Origin: Nemertoderma westbladi
Taxonomy: Eukaryota; Animalia; Xenacoelomorpha
Assembly: GCA_032718475.1 (NCBI GenBank)
Contig: JAUCBJ010006867.1
Span: forward strand, 42,487 to 106,486
Reading direction: 5' to 3'
Length of the DNA: 64,000 nucleotides
This document shows, one piece after another, positions 10,911 to 22,152 of this stretch. Numbering within the stretch: position 1 is the first letter of the stretch; each line of letters starts with the position of its first letter. The translations under genes were made by a program, and so were the position numbers. Under the pieces are notes generated by a model. It worked only from the letters and a program-made list of their open reading frames with translations. It searched no databases and was not told the origin of the DNA.

Positions 10911-13075
10911 TGTTAAACAACCGCGACGCCTATACTAACAGCAGAACTGTTGAACAGACAAATACCCATATACCTCTCTGCCAACCTAATGAGCTCTCGC
11001 CTAACCAATAAGACACAAAGACTGCTCTACTGTTAAGTAAAGGGGATCAGGAGCGTGCTATTACTAAATTGTAAAGGTTGCTAAATACAAAACCGCTACT
11101 TACCGTTGGATGGCGCTAATCTGCCGTCCGCTAATATATTTACTAATTTTACACAACTCCTGCAAAATCGCTTGTTCCTTTCTCTACCGATCGCTCGATA
11201 GAGAGCTAACTGTTCGAATCTATGAGCCACGCGGGAATAACCAAAACAATAAACCCGAGTCGGCTCCCTAAGCTTACTTAAGACGAGTGCGAGGGGCTTT
11301 GCACTCAGAGTATATTCTTACGCCTAATTTTACTACTGAAATACGCCAATGCTTACGTCTTTTCTAATCGCGAATACTGGGGTTTCCCTAACGGAATGTG
11401 TGAATGCGAGAATATTTAAAATAATCAAAATTGGTACAGTACAATGTCTTTCGTAGGTGATACCGCTCTGGGTCTAAACTTGCCTGCAGCTGGCTTTAGG
11501 CCAGCAACTCACTAGTGTCTTGCATACTGACTATTGCGATCTAGTTTATTGCCCGCTAATGCAAATAACCGCTTAGCGTGAATAGTTTACGGTACTCTAA
11601 ATTATTACCTTAGCTACTCTCCGCTATGCTGCGTACTAATTCTTAATTTTACTAATCAATTACAGTCACAAATATGTAACAGCGCACTAATTACTAAGAG
11701 TTCCAGAATGCGTAATTCTAATTTATTACACAACAGGTTTCACTAGTAATAGCCTAAAATGCCGTATTACTTTGACCTAATCAGTAATTATTTGTTGTAA
11801 CTAAGAAATAGAAATCAATCAAAGAGAAAAGGGGCGCCTACCTAAGTATTCGTAATCATAGGCACACTTCAGTAACACACCAATCAGCGTCAGCAATCAC
11901 AGATCACAATAGTACAACTTGCAATTATACAATCTGCAATTATATAATTCGCAACATAATAATTCGCAATTGACTAATTCGCAATCTACTTACTCGCAAC
12001 TTACTTACTTACTGTAAGGTATGCAGGCCCCTCCCGGGTACATCTAGGCTCCCTAACTAACCCAATTCCTGCCCCCCTAATACTAAATAGAGACAAAACC
12101 TGGATCATCAGCCCCCTAATTACTGTACCAGCGAGCGGTCTCCAACCTACAGTCCAAATTGCCCGACCGCAACGTTGACCCCCCCGCCAGCGTTGCCCGC
12201 CTTTGAATCCTCCGCTCTCCCTTAGTCGCTCAACCCCCCGATGTGCCCACCGCCTACTGGCACCTTAGCCCTCCATTATGCTAATAGCTACCGTAGCGGC
12301 GCATGCAAATCACAAAGTCTGACAGTCTCAGAAATCCCTTAGGATTATTGCGTAGAAAGGAATCACATAGAACCATTAACAAAAGGTAGAAATCATAGTT
12401 CCAGTTGTAATTAGCAGTAATCGATAGGATTAATTGAGAAACACAATCAAGAATAATCGCACTAGCAAATCATTTTGAGAAATTAATCAAAATTTAGCAA
12501 ATTGCAGAAATACGCTAAAGGTTGGTGATAGGTACAGCTCTACCGGCACACCGCCAATTTATAGGTGATCCGAGTGGGGTGATGCAATAGGGTGACTCAA
12601 TCGCTCTCCTATTGGCTCTCCAGTCCGCGCTAGCATTAGACCAACCTGGAAGCAGTTAGTCCAATAAGGAGGCCGGATTGTAGCCCTATTGCTGCCCAAA
12701 CCTCAAATTATTACCATATATGGTAATGGATCATGTCCCTGGCTACTGAATGGCCAGGACAGCGTCCCTATATCTAGCCCTATCAAAACTAATAACAGCA
12801 AGCACAAAATCCAGGGTCCGACTAAACTTGCTACCCTGGAACTATCTACCTATATCCTAATACAAAATTACGTAGGTAGGGCTACATACTATACAAAATG
12901 GATGGATTCAAATATATGGGCGTTTTGATTTCCCCATCTAAATATCACCTCGCTATTATACCTTATCTAAAATATTATGCTGCACAACGGACTAATATTG
13001 CGTACAGTATAACGGACTAATATATTATACTGCATAATGGCTAATAATGTGGATACAGCGCCATATACCGTAACA
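10911..13075 (-). repeat. 5' LTR of element A (about 2.17 kb; inner boundary inferred)
   Basis: 11777-13075 is proven by the repeat. The inner end at 10911 is chosen from TGTTA...TAACA termini, length similar to the LTR of C, and PBS complementarity; 11031 is an alternative. TATAAA on minus near 12558-12563. Confidence 0.7.
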
Positions 13076-14039
13076 TATAGTCCTCCAAGTAAAGTGGCTC
13101 ATAGCGCCGGGAAGAAGACAACCATCACCCAAAAGTTCAAGAAACTTTGTAAACGTTGTTCTAGAAAGAAAGATTGCTTGTTTAGAGTAGTTATTATATT
13201 AAGAAATTGTGACTCTATGTATATTTTATAGACCTAAGTCCCATTTTCTGCGAGCGGTGTTAAAGCTTTTGCGGCCAAAATGTCCCCATTTTACACAATG
13301 CGCTGGATACTCTAAACCCTTGAAAAACTCTCAAGAACTTTGTATTTTTATGAACTGATATAAACTTACTCCCTCCAGCGTTTATTCTCAGTATAACACT
13401 TTCCCCTACATTCCCACAGAAATCAAATGCTCAGATTACGAAATCACCAGCCATTGGATATTATTCCCTTTGTTTACGTCCTTCTTTGTTAGTCACCATC
13501 CAATCAGTATACTTTCACTCTTACGTCACCCCATAGACTGAATTACCAGATCCATTGGTTATGGGTTGATGGCATGGAAACTGGTCCCTGATTGGGAGTT
13601 CTCGCATGTTCCATACGTTCTATGGCGTTTGATATGATTCATGCTTTGTGAACTACTTGAGGCAAGAATATTCTTGCAGGCTTCAGTACTTACTTTTTGC
13701 CCAGAAACACCAGTGGCAAGAAAGATACAGAATGCAAATCCATTAACGTTGACACATGTTTACAACGTTTGTAAGTCCAAAATTTTACACCCCTCACTGC
13801 AATACATCCTGACTGTCTGATATTGCCACAACACCATATTTTTATACTGATTTATGCTGTTATAATCTGTTGCAATTTGTATCATAGGGATTCATGTTAA
13901 TAGTTGGAGAATACTTACGAATACCCGGTAGATCTCTTGGTTTTCATGATCATTGAGGTAAGCGGAGGGGATTACTATTCACAATTGCATAGTTCATATA
14001 ACAGTGGTTTGTATGATCTTGTAAATTACATTAGTAATG

Positions 14040-16599
14040 TGGAGGTCCGGCCACTAGAGGCCAGTGGAATGACTGGACACAATCGGCCTCACAGGCGTCA
14101 GTTATCTCCTGACTGGCTGTCTGTCTCACCCCCTACTGGAGAGAGAGCGGCAAACAATTCTTTGAGTCCCTTTCCTAATGACCTTTCTGGCCCAAACCCT
14201 GGGTCACCAGGGAGGCCAGATTGTGAGGGGGAGAGGGATTCTGGAGTTGGAGGCTACTCTCATGTTCCACGCCGACCAACAAAGCCATTGGTGAATCTGA
14301 GGCAAGTTACTAGACTAACCACAGTAAACACCCTAACACTCGGGTCCCCAATGCGACAAGGTGAGCTGACTGCCTTGGCAGATAAGCTTTCTCTTAGTGC
14401 AGTGGGTGTTCAAGAGAACCGAATGCAGACTGGACAGACAGATGAAGTTCTGATCAAAGACATGGGGGCGGTTGGCGACTTGCCCTCGCTTCAGCAGATG
14501 ATAGTGGCAATGGTGGAATTGGTCTATTGATGAATCCAACTGCACATGCAGCATTGGACAAAATAGACAAAATCTCTAACCGCATCATCCGTTGCCACTT
14601 CTCATGTTCTGGAAGACTGGCTAAGAAGTTTCCTAAGGTGGTTTTGATTGTGTGCTACTCTCCAACTAGTGTTGCCCCTGTAGAGGAGGTGGAAATTTTT
14701 TACCAGAATCTTCAAGCAGCTACTGATGGAGTGGATCAGCATGCATTCTTAACATTCCTGGGAGACTTTAATGCAAGTCTGCATCAATCACCTACATGGC
14801 CCTGGGTCTATAGCAATAGTGTCAACCGAAATTCCGTCCATCTTCAGGATTTTATCTCTGGAAATGGATTGTTTTCGGCTGGAACACAGTTTAAGAAGCG
14901 AACTGGAAAGCTATGGACTCATAGTGGACCCAGTGGTCACAAGTCCCAGATAGACCATTTCCTGTTTCGTAGGAAATACAGTAGCTCTATACAAGACTGT
15001 AATGCATTTACACTACGACCCTTCTCCAGTGATCACCGCCTTATTGTGGCTTATTGTTATTGTAAGACTTAGTCTGCGTGCTAGCAGAACAACGAAATCT
15101 GCCTTGCCGCGGCATGACTGGTCCTCTCTGTTGCAACAGCCAAGTGTGAGATCCAGCTTCACACTACAGCTGAGCAACAGGTATGAGGCTCTTGCCTCTG
15201 AGGCGGCAGATCACTGTGAGGGCTAGACTGCCTTCACAGAAACAGTTCCTGTATACCCTCGAAATGGGAAACGGGGCCCCCTGGACTGACAACAAAATTC
15301 AGAAGTGCCGAAATGACCTCTACAAGGCGCAGAAAGAGTCCCGACTCAAACAGACTACAGCGGCCAAGAATGCAGTTAAGGCTGCATCTAGGTCCCTGAA
15401 CAGGCAGTACTCGGTTAATTTACAGGAGCTAATAAACCAACAGGTTGATGCCATCAATGATGCTGACGACAGCAGGCAATCATCCCAGGCATGGAGATCA
15501 ATCAACTTGCTTGCTGGTCGAAAAAGCCAACCAACCACCAAGGTTAAGGCTGAATCACCAGCCTATCGTCTCAATGGTTAGAAGGCCCACTTTGAAAAGC
15601 TCCTCAGTAATGACAGGGTATTGCCTGATAACTTTATAGACTTATAACTTGTTCATAATTGTTGTTGACTATGTTATACGCATGTCCTTAGATCATCATA
15701 ATGATGATGGGGTGATGATAACTCCACCTACTGGCTCCAGAAGTCGAGGAAATCCTGCCAAGTACCTAACTGATCTAGACTTTGCTGATGACTCAGGAGT
15801 ACTCTCAGAATCACTAGAGGGAGCCCAACGGCTCCTCAGCTCTTTAGAACATGCTGCTTCTAGTGCTGGTCTTTTTATTAACTCCAGAAAAACCAAAATT
15901 TTGACAGTTAACTTTGAAAGTCCTCAGCAAGTCTCTGATCGGATGAGCATAAGCTCAAAAGATGGTATGCTTGAGCATGTGGATGACTTCTGTTACCTGG
16001 GATCATGGATCCGGAAGTCAGGTGAGAACCTTCGAATACGTAAGGGAAAGGCATGGGCAGCCTTGAATAGGCTTTCCAGGATTTGGAAGTCACCGAGAAT
16101 TAATCGGAAACTTAAAGTCCGGTTATTTAGAGCAGCAGTAGTTCCAGTACTCCTCTATGGGAGTCCATGCTGGGCTCTACTGCTGAGGACACCAAATCTC
16201 TGGATGGCACATTCACAAGAATGCTACGCCGGGTTCATTGTGTCAAGTTCAATGCACACATCTCCAACCAGACACTATATAACATTGGAGGTGTATCATT
16301 GCTTCCCCCAAGCTTGACACTAGAACAAAATCGCCTCCGCTTTGCGGACATTGCTTTCGCCGTGAGGACCAGCCAGTGCATAATCTTCTACTTTGGCAGC
16401 CTCATGGAGTGAATAAGCATGGTGGACAGCCCATGACTTTCTTGAGACGCATCTTAAAGGACACTGGCGTTGAAGATGCGGATGATCTAGCAAATGTCAT
16501 GGGTGATAGGGAGTTGTGGCGGCGCAATTTTGTCGACAAGCCGGCACAGCATTCTTAAAAATGCAGCTGCAATGCAGCATGCCGATCCTAGTAGTAGTT
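14040..16599 (+). mobile_element. Decayed RTE-like LINE (AP endonuclease plus internally deleted RT), (TAG)n tail
   Basis: APE motifs QENR, YSPT, LGDFNA, SQIDH, SDH at about 14290-15070. RT C-terminal half LFIIVVDY, LDFADD, FCYLGS at 15649-16317. Many frameshifts; tail TAGTAGTAGT near 16589. 5' end approximate. Confidence 0.85.
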
Positions 16600-17531
16600 A
16601 AAAGAGATTAACTTTCAATAAAAATACCTTATCGGAGTATTATAAAATTAAATTACGTACATTTTTTAGAAGGTATTTAAGGGTGTCCACTCATTAAGTA
16701 GGCCTACATTTCTAGCTTACTATTTCTAAATTACGTGAATTTATTATGATCACACAGTTATGTATCATTAAATTATAATTAAAAATATATTTTATGTTTT
16801 TATTACGCTGCTACACCAATGGAGGTCTTTGGCCTTGATTCTGATTGAACATTAAAACAAATTTATAATAAATAATAATTTAAAAATATTCCAAGGGCTG
16901 TTTTCTTATCTAGTTGTTAGTGTAATAATAGGCCCTACAAGACTCAGTCTGAGTCTGACACTTCTACAATACTGCCTTGTAAATCTAATCCCTGTCCATC
17001 CACGCAAAATCAAGCAAGCTCCATCCGCCGCCATGTCAATCACATCGCGGCTTGACCATTAACAAAAGCCAGTTCTTGGCGGGAATCTAAGTACAAAGGC
17101 ATGCCGCAGAAGAGAGATGCAAACTGTTACCTTGAAATCATTTCAATGTCATTTCAATATGAGACCGAAAGTCTGGAATTTCGGTCCGTCGATTTCAAGG
17201 TCATTTCAATATGCCATCGAGGTCATTTCAATGTCAATGCTACTTTCAATGCTACTCTATGGACACATTTTGATCAAACTTTGATCAATATTTGATCAAA
17301 GGAATGCTTTTTGAGAGCGGGACTGTATCACCTTTATAACCGGTTTGGTTAATTGTGCTGACAATAAGTTGATATCATTCGATCCAACTCCTTGACAGAA
17401 GACATCCAAGTCTTCTTTCGCATACCATTTGATCAAATCTGGGAGATTTGTATAAGATAACCCGCGCTATGTGAGTGTATTTTGTAGTTTACCATCTGGG
17501 CTACAATTTCGCGGATCAATGTACTTATAAA

Positions 17532-19753
17532 TACTATAGACTACGAGATGGGAACAAGTGGTTCAGCCATGAGGCGCGCCGCCTAAAACAACAGCGTCGT
17601 AAAGCAGAAAAAAGGTGGTGTAAAACTGGTAAAATAGAAGATAAAGTTAAGTTTAAAGAAATTCGAAACATATACGCAAAAAAACTAACAACTGATCGCC
17701 AGGAATACTATCGTGGATTAATCCGCGCATGCTCAGGTGACCAAAAGAAGCTATTTAATGTAATAAAATCATTATCTAAGCAAAATCAAGTGATTAAATA
17801 CCCACAGCATAATAATGCTCTAGAACTTGCCAACAATTTCGCAGATTACTTCGCTTCCAAGATTAAACTCATACGTGCTGAACTGGATAACGCAGCAGCT
17901 GCAAATGACGACGGAGACGTCATTGGAAACGACCATGTAGTAATCCCAGATGACACGTCTGCATCCTTAAGTAATTTTAACACTCTGTCTGCAGAAGAAG
18001 TTACGAAACTGGTCAATACTGCACCGAATAAACAATGTCCACAGGATCCCCTACCGACGCAGTTACTGAAGTCTTGTCTACTGGCTCTCATTCGGCCTAT
18101 TACTACCATGGTCAATCAATCACTGGAGACTGGAGTGGTCCCGCCACTGTGGAAAATTGGGACAATTGCACCAATACCGAAAAAACCTTCCTCAGATCGG
18201 TCAACAAATGCAATTAAAACTGTTAAAAACAAGAACTTTCGCCCAGTTAGTGGCATAGCTTTTATCTCAAAGATAACTGAGAGGGCAGTAATAGCTCAAG
18301 TTCAGCCACACATTGACACCTATTACCAATTGCCAATATTTCAATCGGCGTATAGGAAACATCATAGTACCGAAACGGCCCTCGTCAAAGTCCAATCCGA
18401 TATTCTCCGAAACATGGATAACAAACAAATAACTTTACTTGTGTTACTTGACCTCAGCGCCGCTTTCGATACTGTAGATCACACTCGACTGATGAACGTC
18501 CTTCGAAATCGCCTTCATATCTGCGGCACCTGTCTCAAATGGTTCCGGTCCTTCCTATCTGGCCGAGTCCAACGAGTAGCCACGTTAGGGGCCACATCCG
18601 ACGATCAGCTACTGGAATATGGTTTCCCTCAAGGATCATGCTTATCATGCACACTTTTCCCCAACTACAGTGCTGGCCTCTTGGAGGTAATACAGCACCA
18701 TTTACCGTTGGCTGGCCACGGTTTTGCTGATGACCATCAGGTCTACTGCTCCTCCCAACCATTAACATCGTCTAACGAAAGAGCAGCCATAGAGTCCATG
18801 GAAGCCTGCATCGCGGAGATGCGCAGCTGGTTATTAAAACATCGGCTCAAGCTAAACGACGACAAGACTGAATTTATCTTGCTCGGATCGAAATCTCAAT
18901 TGAGTAAGCTGTCCTCAATCTCAATTCGCGTTGGAAACTTTGATATCGAACCGGTTAAATCGGTCAGAAACCTTGGAGCCTGGTTCGACTCCGAGATGAG
19001 AATGAATAAATTTATATCTAAAACATGCAGCGCCGCATACTACTACCTGCACAACATTCGCTCAATTCGGAAATATCTCGACACTAAGGCCGCAGAAACA
19101 ATTATACATGCTCTCGTGACTAGCCGCATAGACTACTGTAACGCCCTTCTCTATGGAGTCCCAAGCTACCAATTACAGAAACTCCAACGTGTACAAAACA
19201 CAGCTGCTAGGTTGCTTACAGGTGTACACAAATACGACCATATATCGCCGACGTTGAAATCCCTCCACTGGCTGCCTGTGCGCAAACGTGTAGAATTTAA
19301 AATACTGCTGATGACGCACAAGGCCTTGGTCGGCCACGCTCCCAAATATATAATCGAAATGCTCCATAAAGTTAGTAGCGATCGCCTCCAAACTAGAAGT
19401 TGTAGCACAGTAAGTCTCGTCGAACCACGGTTCCAGTGCTACACTCTCGGGTGGCGGGCGTTCGAGGTATGCGCGCCCCGGCTGTGGAACAAACTACCGG
19501 CTTCGCTACGTGATATCCAGTCTACGGCATCATTCAAAGGAAAACTAAAGACTCACCTGTTCACCCACCCACCTATAAAATAGACTCATTTTTAGCCGAT
19601 CGTTTTTAAAAAACTTTGTTTTTACTTTTCTTAATTATGTACTCTACGCGGTTTTCTTTTTATTTAAATTGACTAACCTAACTCTGATTAGCGCCATAGA
19701 ATACTACCGGTAATGTTGGCGCTATACAAATCATTAAATATTAAATATTATTA
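17532..19753 (+). mobile_element. 5'-truncated L2/CR1-group LINE with TSD TTATAAA
   Basis: Uninterrupted RT frame to 19583 (NFRPVS, QSAYRKHHSTETAL, DLSAAFDTVDH, GFPQGS, FADD, LHWLP). 3' stem-loop TAGCGCCA...TGGCGCTA (19689-19724) and ATT-rich tail. TTATAAA at 17525-17531 and 19754-19760. Confidence 0.9.
17547..19583 (+). CDS. LINE ORF2 reverse transcriptase region (endonuclease lost by 5' truncation)
   Basis: Part of track ORF 17475-19583; the first ~20 codons of that ORF lie in flanking DNA. Confidence 0.85.
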   Translation, partial: DGNKWFSHEARRLKQQRRKAEKRWCKTGKIEDKVKFKEIRNIYAKKLTTDRQEYYRGLIRACSGDQKKLFNVIKSLSKQNQVIKYPQHNNALELANNFADYFASKIKLIRAELDNAAAANDDGDVIGNDHVVIPDDTSASLSNFNTLSAEEVTKLVNTAPNKQCPQDPLPTQLLKSCLLALIRPITTMVNQSLETGVVPPLWKIGTIAPIPKKPSSDRSTNAIKTVKNKNFRPVSGIAFISKITERAVIAQVQPHIDTYYQLPIFQSAYRKHHSTETALVKVQSDILRNMDNKQITLLVLLDLSAAFDTVDHTRLMNVLRNRLHICGTCLKWFRSFLSGRVQRVATLGATSDDQLLEYGFPQGSCLSCTLFPNYSAGLLEVIQHHLPLAGHGFADDHQVYCSSQPLTSSNERAAIESMEACIAEMRSWLLKHRLKLNDDKTEFILLGSKSQLSKLSSISIRVGNFDIEPVKSVRNLGAWFDSEMRMNKFISKTCSAAYYYLHNIRSIRKYLDTKAAETIIHALVTSRIDYCNALLYGVPSYQLQKLQRVQNTAARLLTGVHKYDHISPTLKSLHWLPVRKRVEFKILLMTHKALVGHAPKYIIEMLHKVSSDRLQTRSCSTVSLVEPRFQCYTLGWRAFEVCAPRLWNKLPASLRDIQSTASFKGKLKTHLFTHPPIK

Positions 19754-22088
19754 TTATAAAGGGATGATCCAAGCAGTAAGCTGTCGGATGTTTGATTATT
19801 CCTCCATCGGAGGATGAAAGCAGCTACCGAAACTGTAGATGTATCTTTAACTTGAGCTGCTTTAGAGTTTGAAACTTCCAAATAACTCTGTAATTCAATA
19901 GATGTGACATCTGCATCGACCCACCATGATTTAATGTTAGTCCCATCGTTTACTGACTCTGTTACTGGAATGATAGTAGCGACTATAACATCAGTGTTAC
20001 CCCTTCTGCCAAGTGTTAAAATGTTGGTTGATTCATTATATACAACCGGATCCGGTATACTGTTATTGTATTTGACAATAACAGTTTCATTTGTCCGGGC
20101 AATTGTTTTGAATTCTTCAACCATAGATGTTAGCTGTGTGACTAGATTATACAATACAATACAATAAACAGGTAAAGTAAAACCTAGAGTCTTAAACCCC
20201 ACAAACTAAAAAAAACAAAGTATCAGGACATTAACGCCCAAAATAGTACGCCTACTGTACTCAGCCACTAGGGCCATCAAAAACCACAAAACAATACAAA
20301 CAAGCAGCAAACAACAACATAAACAAAAAACACAAATATATTAAATCTGCTCAACATACCGGTATGTATCGCACCATAACCCTAAGCCTAACCGCCATAC
20401 ACTAAATGCCGGTACCGGTATTATACTGCACAAAAGCTAAGCGTATATTCTACTGTATAAGAAAATAATATATAACATTTTGTAACTGTAAAGGGGTAGA
20501 ACTAGGGCAAAAATAATTAATTTTATCAAAAATATGGTTGCGTTTCGTATGTTATATGTTATTTATTATTAATTGACACACATTACTCTACAATTATGAT
20601 GCTTGCTTAATGTTTGTTGTTGACAGGTTGACTACACTTTTCTGTATCTCGACTCCAACTCACCTCGGTGTTGTCACTCACTGTGTTGCGATGGCCAACG
20701 ACTACTGGCGCACTTCACTATATCGAAGGACTTCTCCAATTCTAACTCATCGTTCCGTCACATACTTTTATCCCAAATTAAGTACATTATTATTAACATC
20801 TAAATATGTTTCCCAAAATACAGTAATTATACAATTGCTTCTACAGTACCACATGTCGTGCGTGCTCGGACAGTGGAAATGAGGTACTGTACTTCCAGGC
20901 TACCCGATTCTCCTCATTTATTTGTCCTAATTTAATTTTTCCCAAGTCCAGTAGCCCTTTCAAGTTGGTCTAATCTACAATCCGATACGATTTGGCATCA
21001 CCTCCTATGGCGGCCCATTAGGCATTAGAGTCATCAAATAATCTTGGGAAATATTAGTGTAATTTTTTGACTTTACGAATACGTAATAAAACTAAAAAAA
21101 AATTTAATAAAAATATAAAAAAAATTATAATAAAAAAATTACAATAAAAAAATTATAATAAAAAAAATTAGAAAAAAATAATTATAAAAAGATTTTATAT
21201 TATTTAATATTAATAAATAAAAAGTGGATGGATGGATGGCCTTCACCCCCCCTGGTTGGCACCACCGATGGTGTCTGGTGCACAGAGGCTGAAATACTAA
21301 TTCGCCATCTAGCGGAGTCACTTGTGGTTCGGCGGGATGGTATGCGTTACGTAGAGGTGCCTCGCTTGAGTGCTGGGGGGTGTTCGCCGGCGGCTGCAGT
21401 CCGCGCTTCTCCGGTCTAGCTCCCTCTGCCTCCGTGGAGGTCGGCGTCCGTGGCGGGGCTTGGGATTTGGCGACGGCGCGGGTTTGCGTGGCGCTGATTT
21501 GGGTAACTACTGATTACATTTTAATTGTATTATATTATATTTAATCTCTGATTGTAATGATTTAAAAGCAACGTTAATATTAATTAAGCTTTATTTGCCA
21601 AGTCATTTTATAATATACAACACCAAATTAATTAATAAAAAGAAATATATATATAATTATTATTAATTTAAATTTCCACCACCACCAAAATTAAATTTAG
21701 TAAGATTATTACATCCCTCCACCAAACACTAGTCTAAAACTTGGGTTCAGTACCGGTCTTGGAGGTCAAACCCCCGCAGACCGGCACCGTCCCCATTAAT
21801 AAAAAGTAAATAAAAAAAATAAGTAAAAAAAAAATAATAATAAAAAATATAATATAAAAATAAAAAATAAATGTGATTATCTTCCCGTGGCCCATTAGAG
21901 TCAAAGGCAGTAAAAGCCAAGATGTGTGACTAATGACCTCTTGTTTACTTGTCCAGCAGTGCCCACTAAATTTAATTCTGTGTTCACGTAGTCATGTTTA
22001 ATAAAGGTGGTAGCTATAGTACCGGTACCATAGCGCCCGGCATTTGTCATGTGTTGTTTAGCTGATGTTTAGGGCTGCCATTTTAGTA

Positions 22089-22152
22089 TTCTTGTACTGT
22101 AACCATCAATTATTTATTCATTCTTGTACTGTAACCATCAATTATTTATTCA
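22089..22152. repeat. 32-bp tandem duplication
   Basis: TTCTTGTACTGTAACCATCAATTATTTATTCA twice. Confidence 0.9.

Larger units (their letters stand above)
1..13075 (-). mobile_element. BEL/Pao LTR retrotransposon A (defective; 3' LTR runs off the left window edge)
   Basis: Bases 1-1299 repeat at 11777-13075 (about 6 substitutions by eye). LTR starts TGTTA on the minus strand. Internal gag (DUF1759-like region, three Cys/His knuckles), protease, RT, RNase H, integrase in BEL order. Confidence 0.95.
17310..20202 (-). pseudogene. SGNH/GDSL esterase-like ORF (probably LINE ORF1-derived), split by the L2-like insertion
   Basis: Removing the LINE and one TSD copy gives an in-frame ...DSLLLGSSLYKYIDPRNCSPDGKLQNTLT*RGLSYTNLPDLIKWYAKEDLDVFCQGVGSNDIN, resembling SGNH block I (GDS) and block III (GxND). 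Confidence 0.55.

Noticed and set aside
11021-11055. Alternative 5' LTR end of A at 11031 (minus ...CCTGATCCCCTTTACTTAACA|GTAGAGCAGT)
   Set aside because: It has good termini and shares CCTGATCCC with the end of the B LTR, but I found neither TGG nor a complementary LTR segment. Ranked below 10911, not excluded.
14040-14230. HDV-like ribozyme at the 5' end of the RTE-like LINE
   Set aside because: Known for some RTE elements and local hairpins exist, but I could not assemble the nested double pseudoknot by eye; needs a covariance-model search.
17130-17300. Clustered TCATTTCAAT and TTTGATCAAA short repeats
   Set aside because: Probably a fragment of a non-autonomous DNA element; no termini or TSD could be defined.
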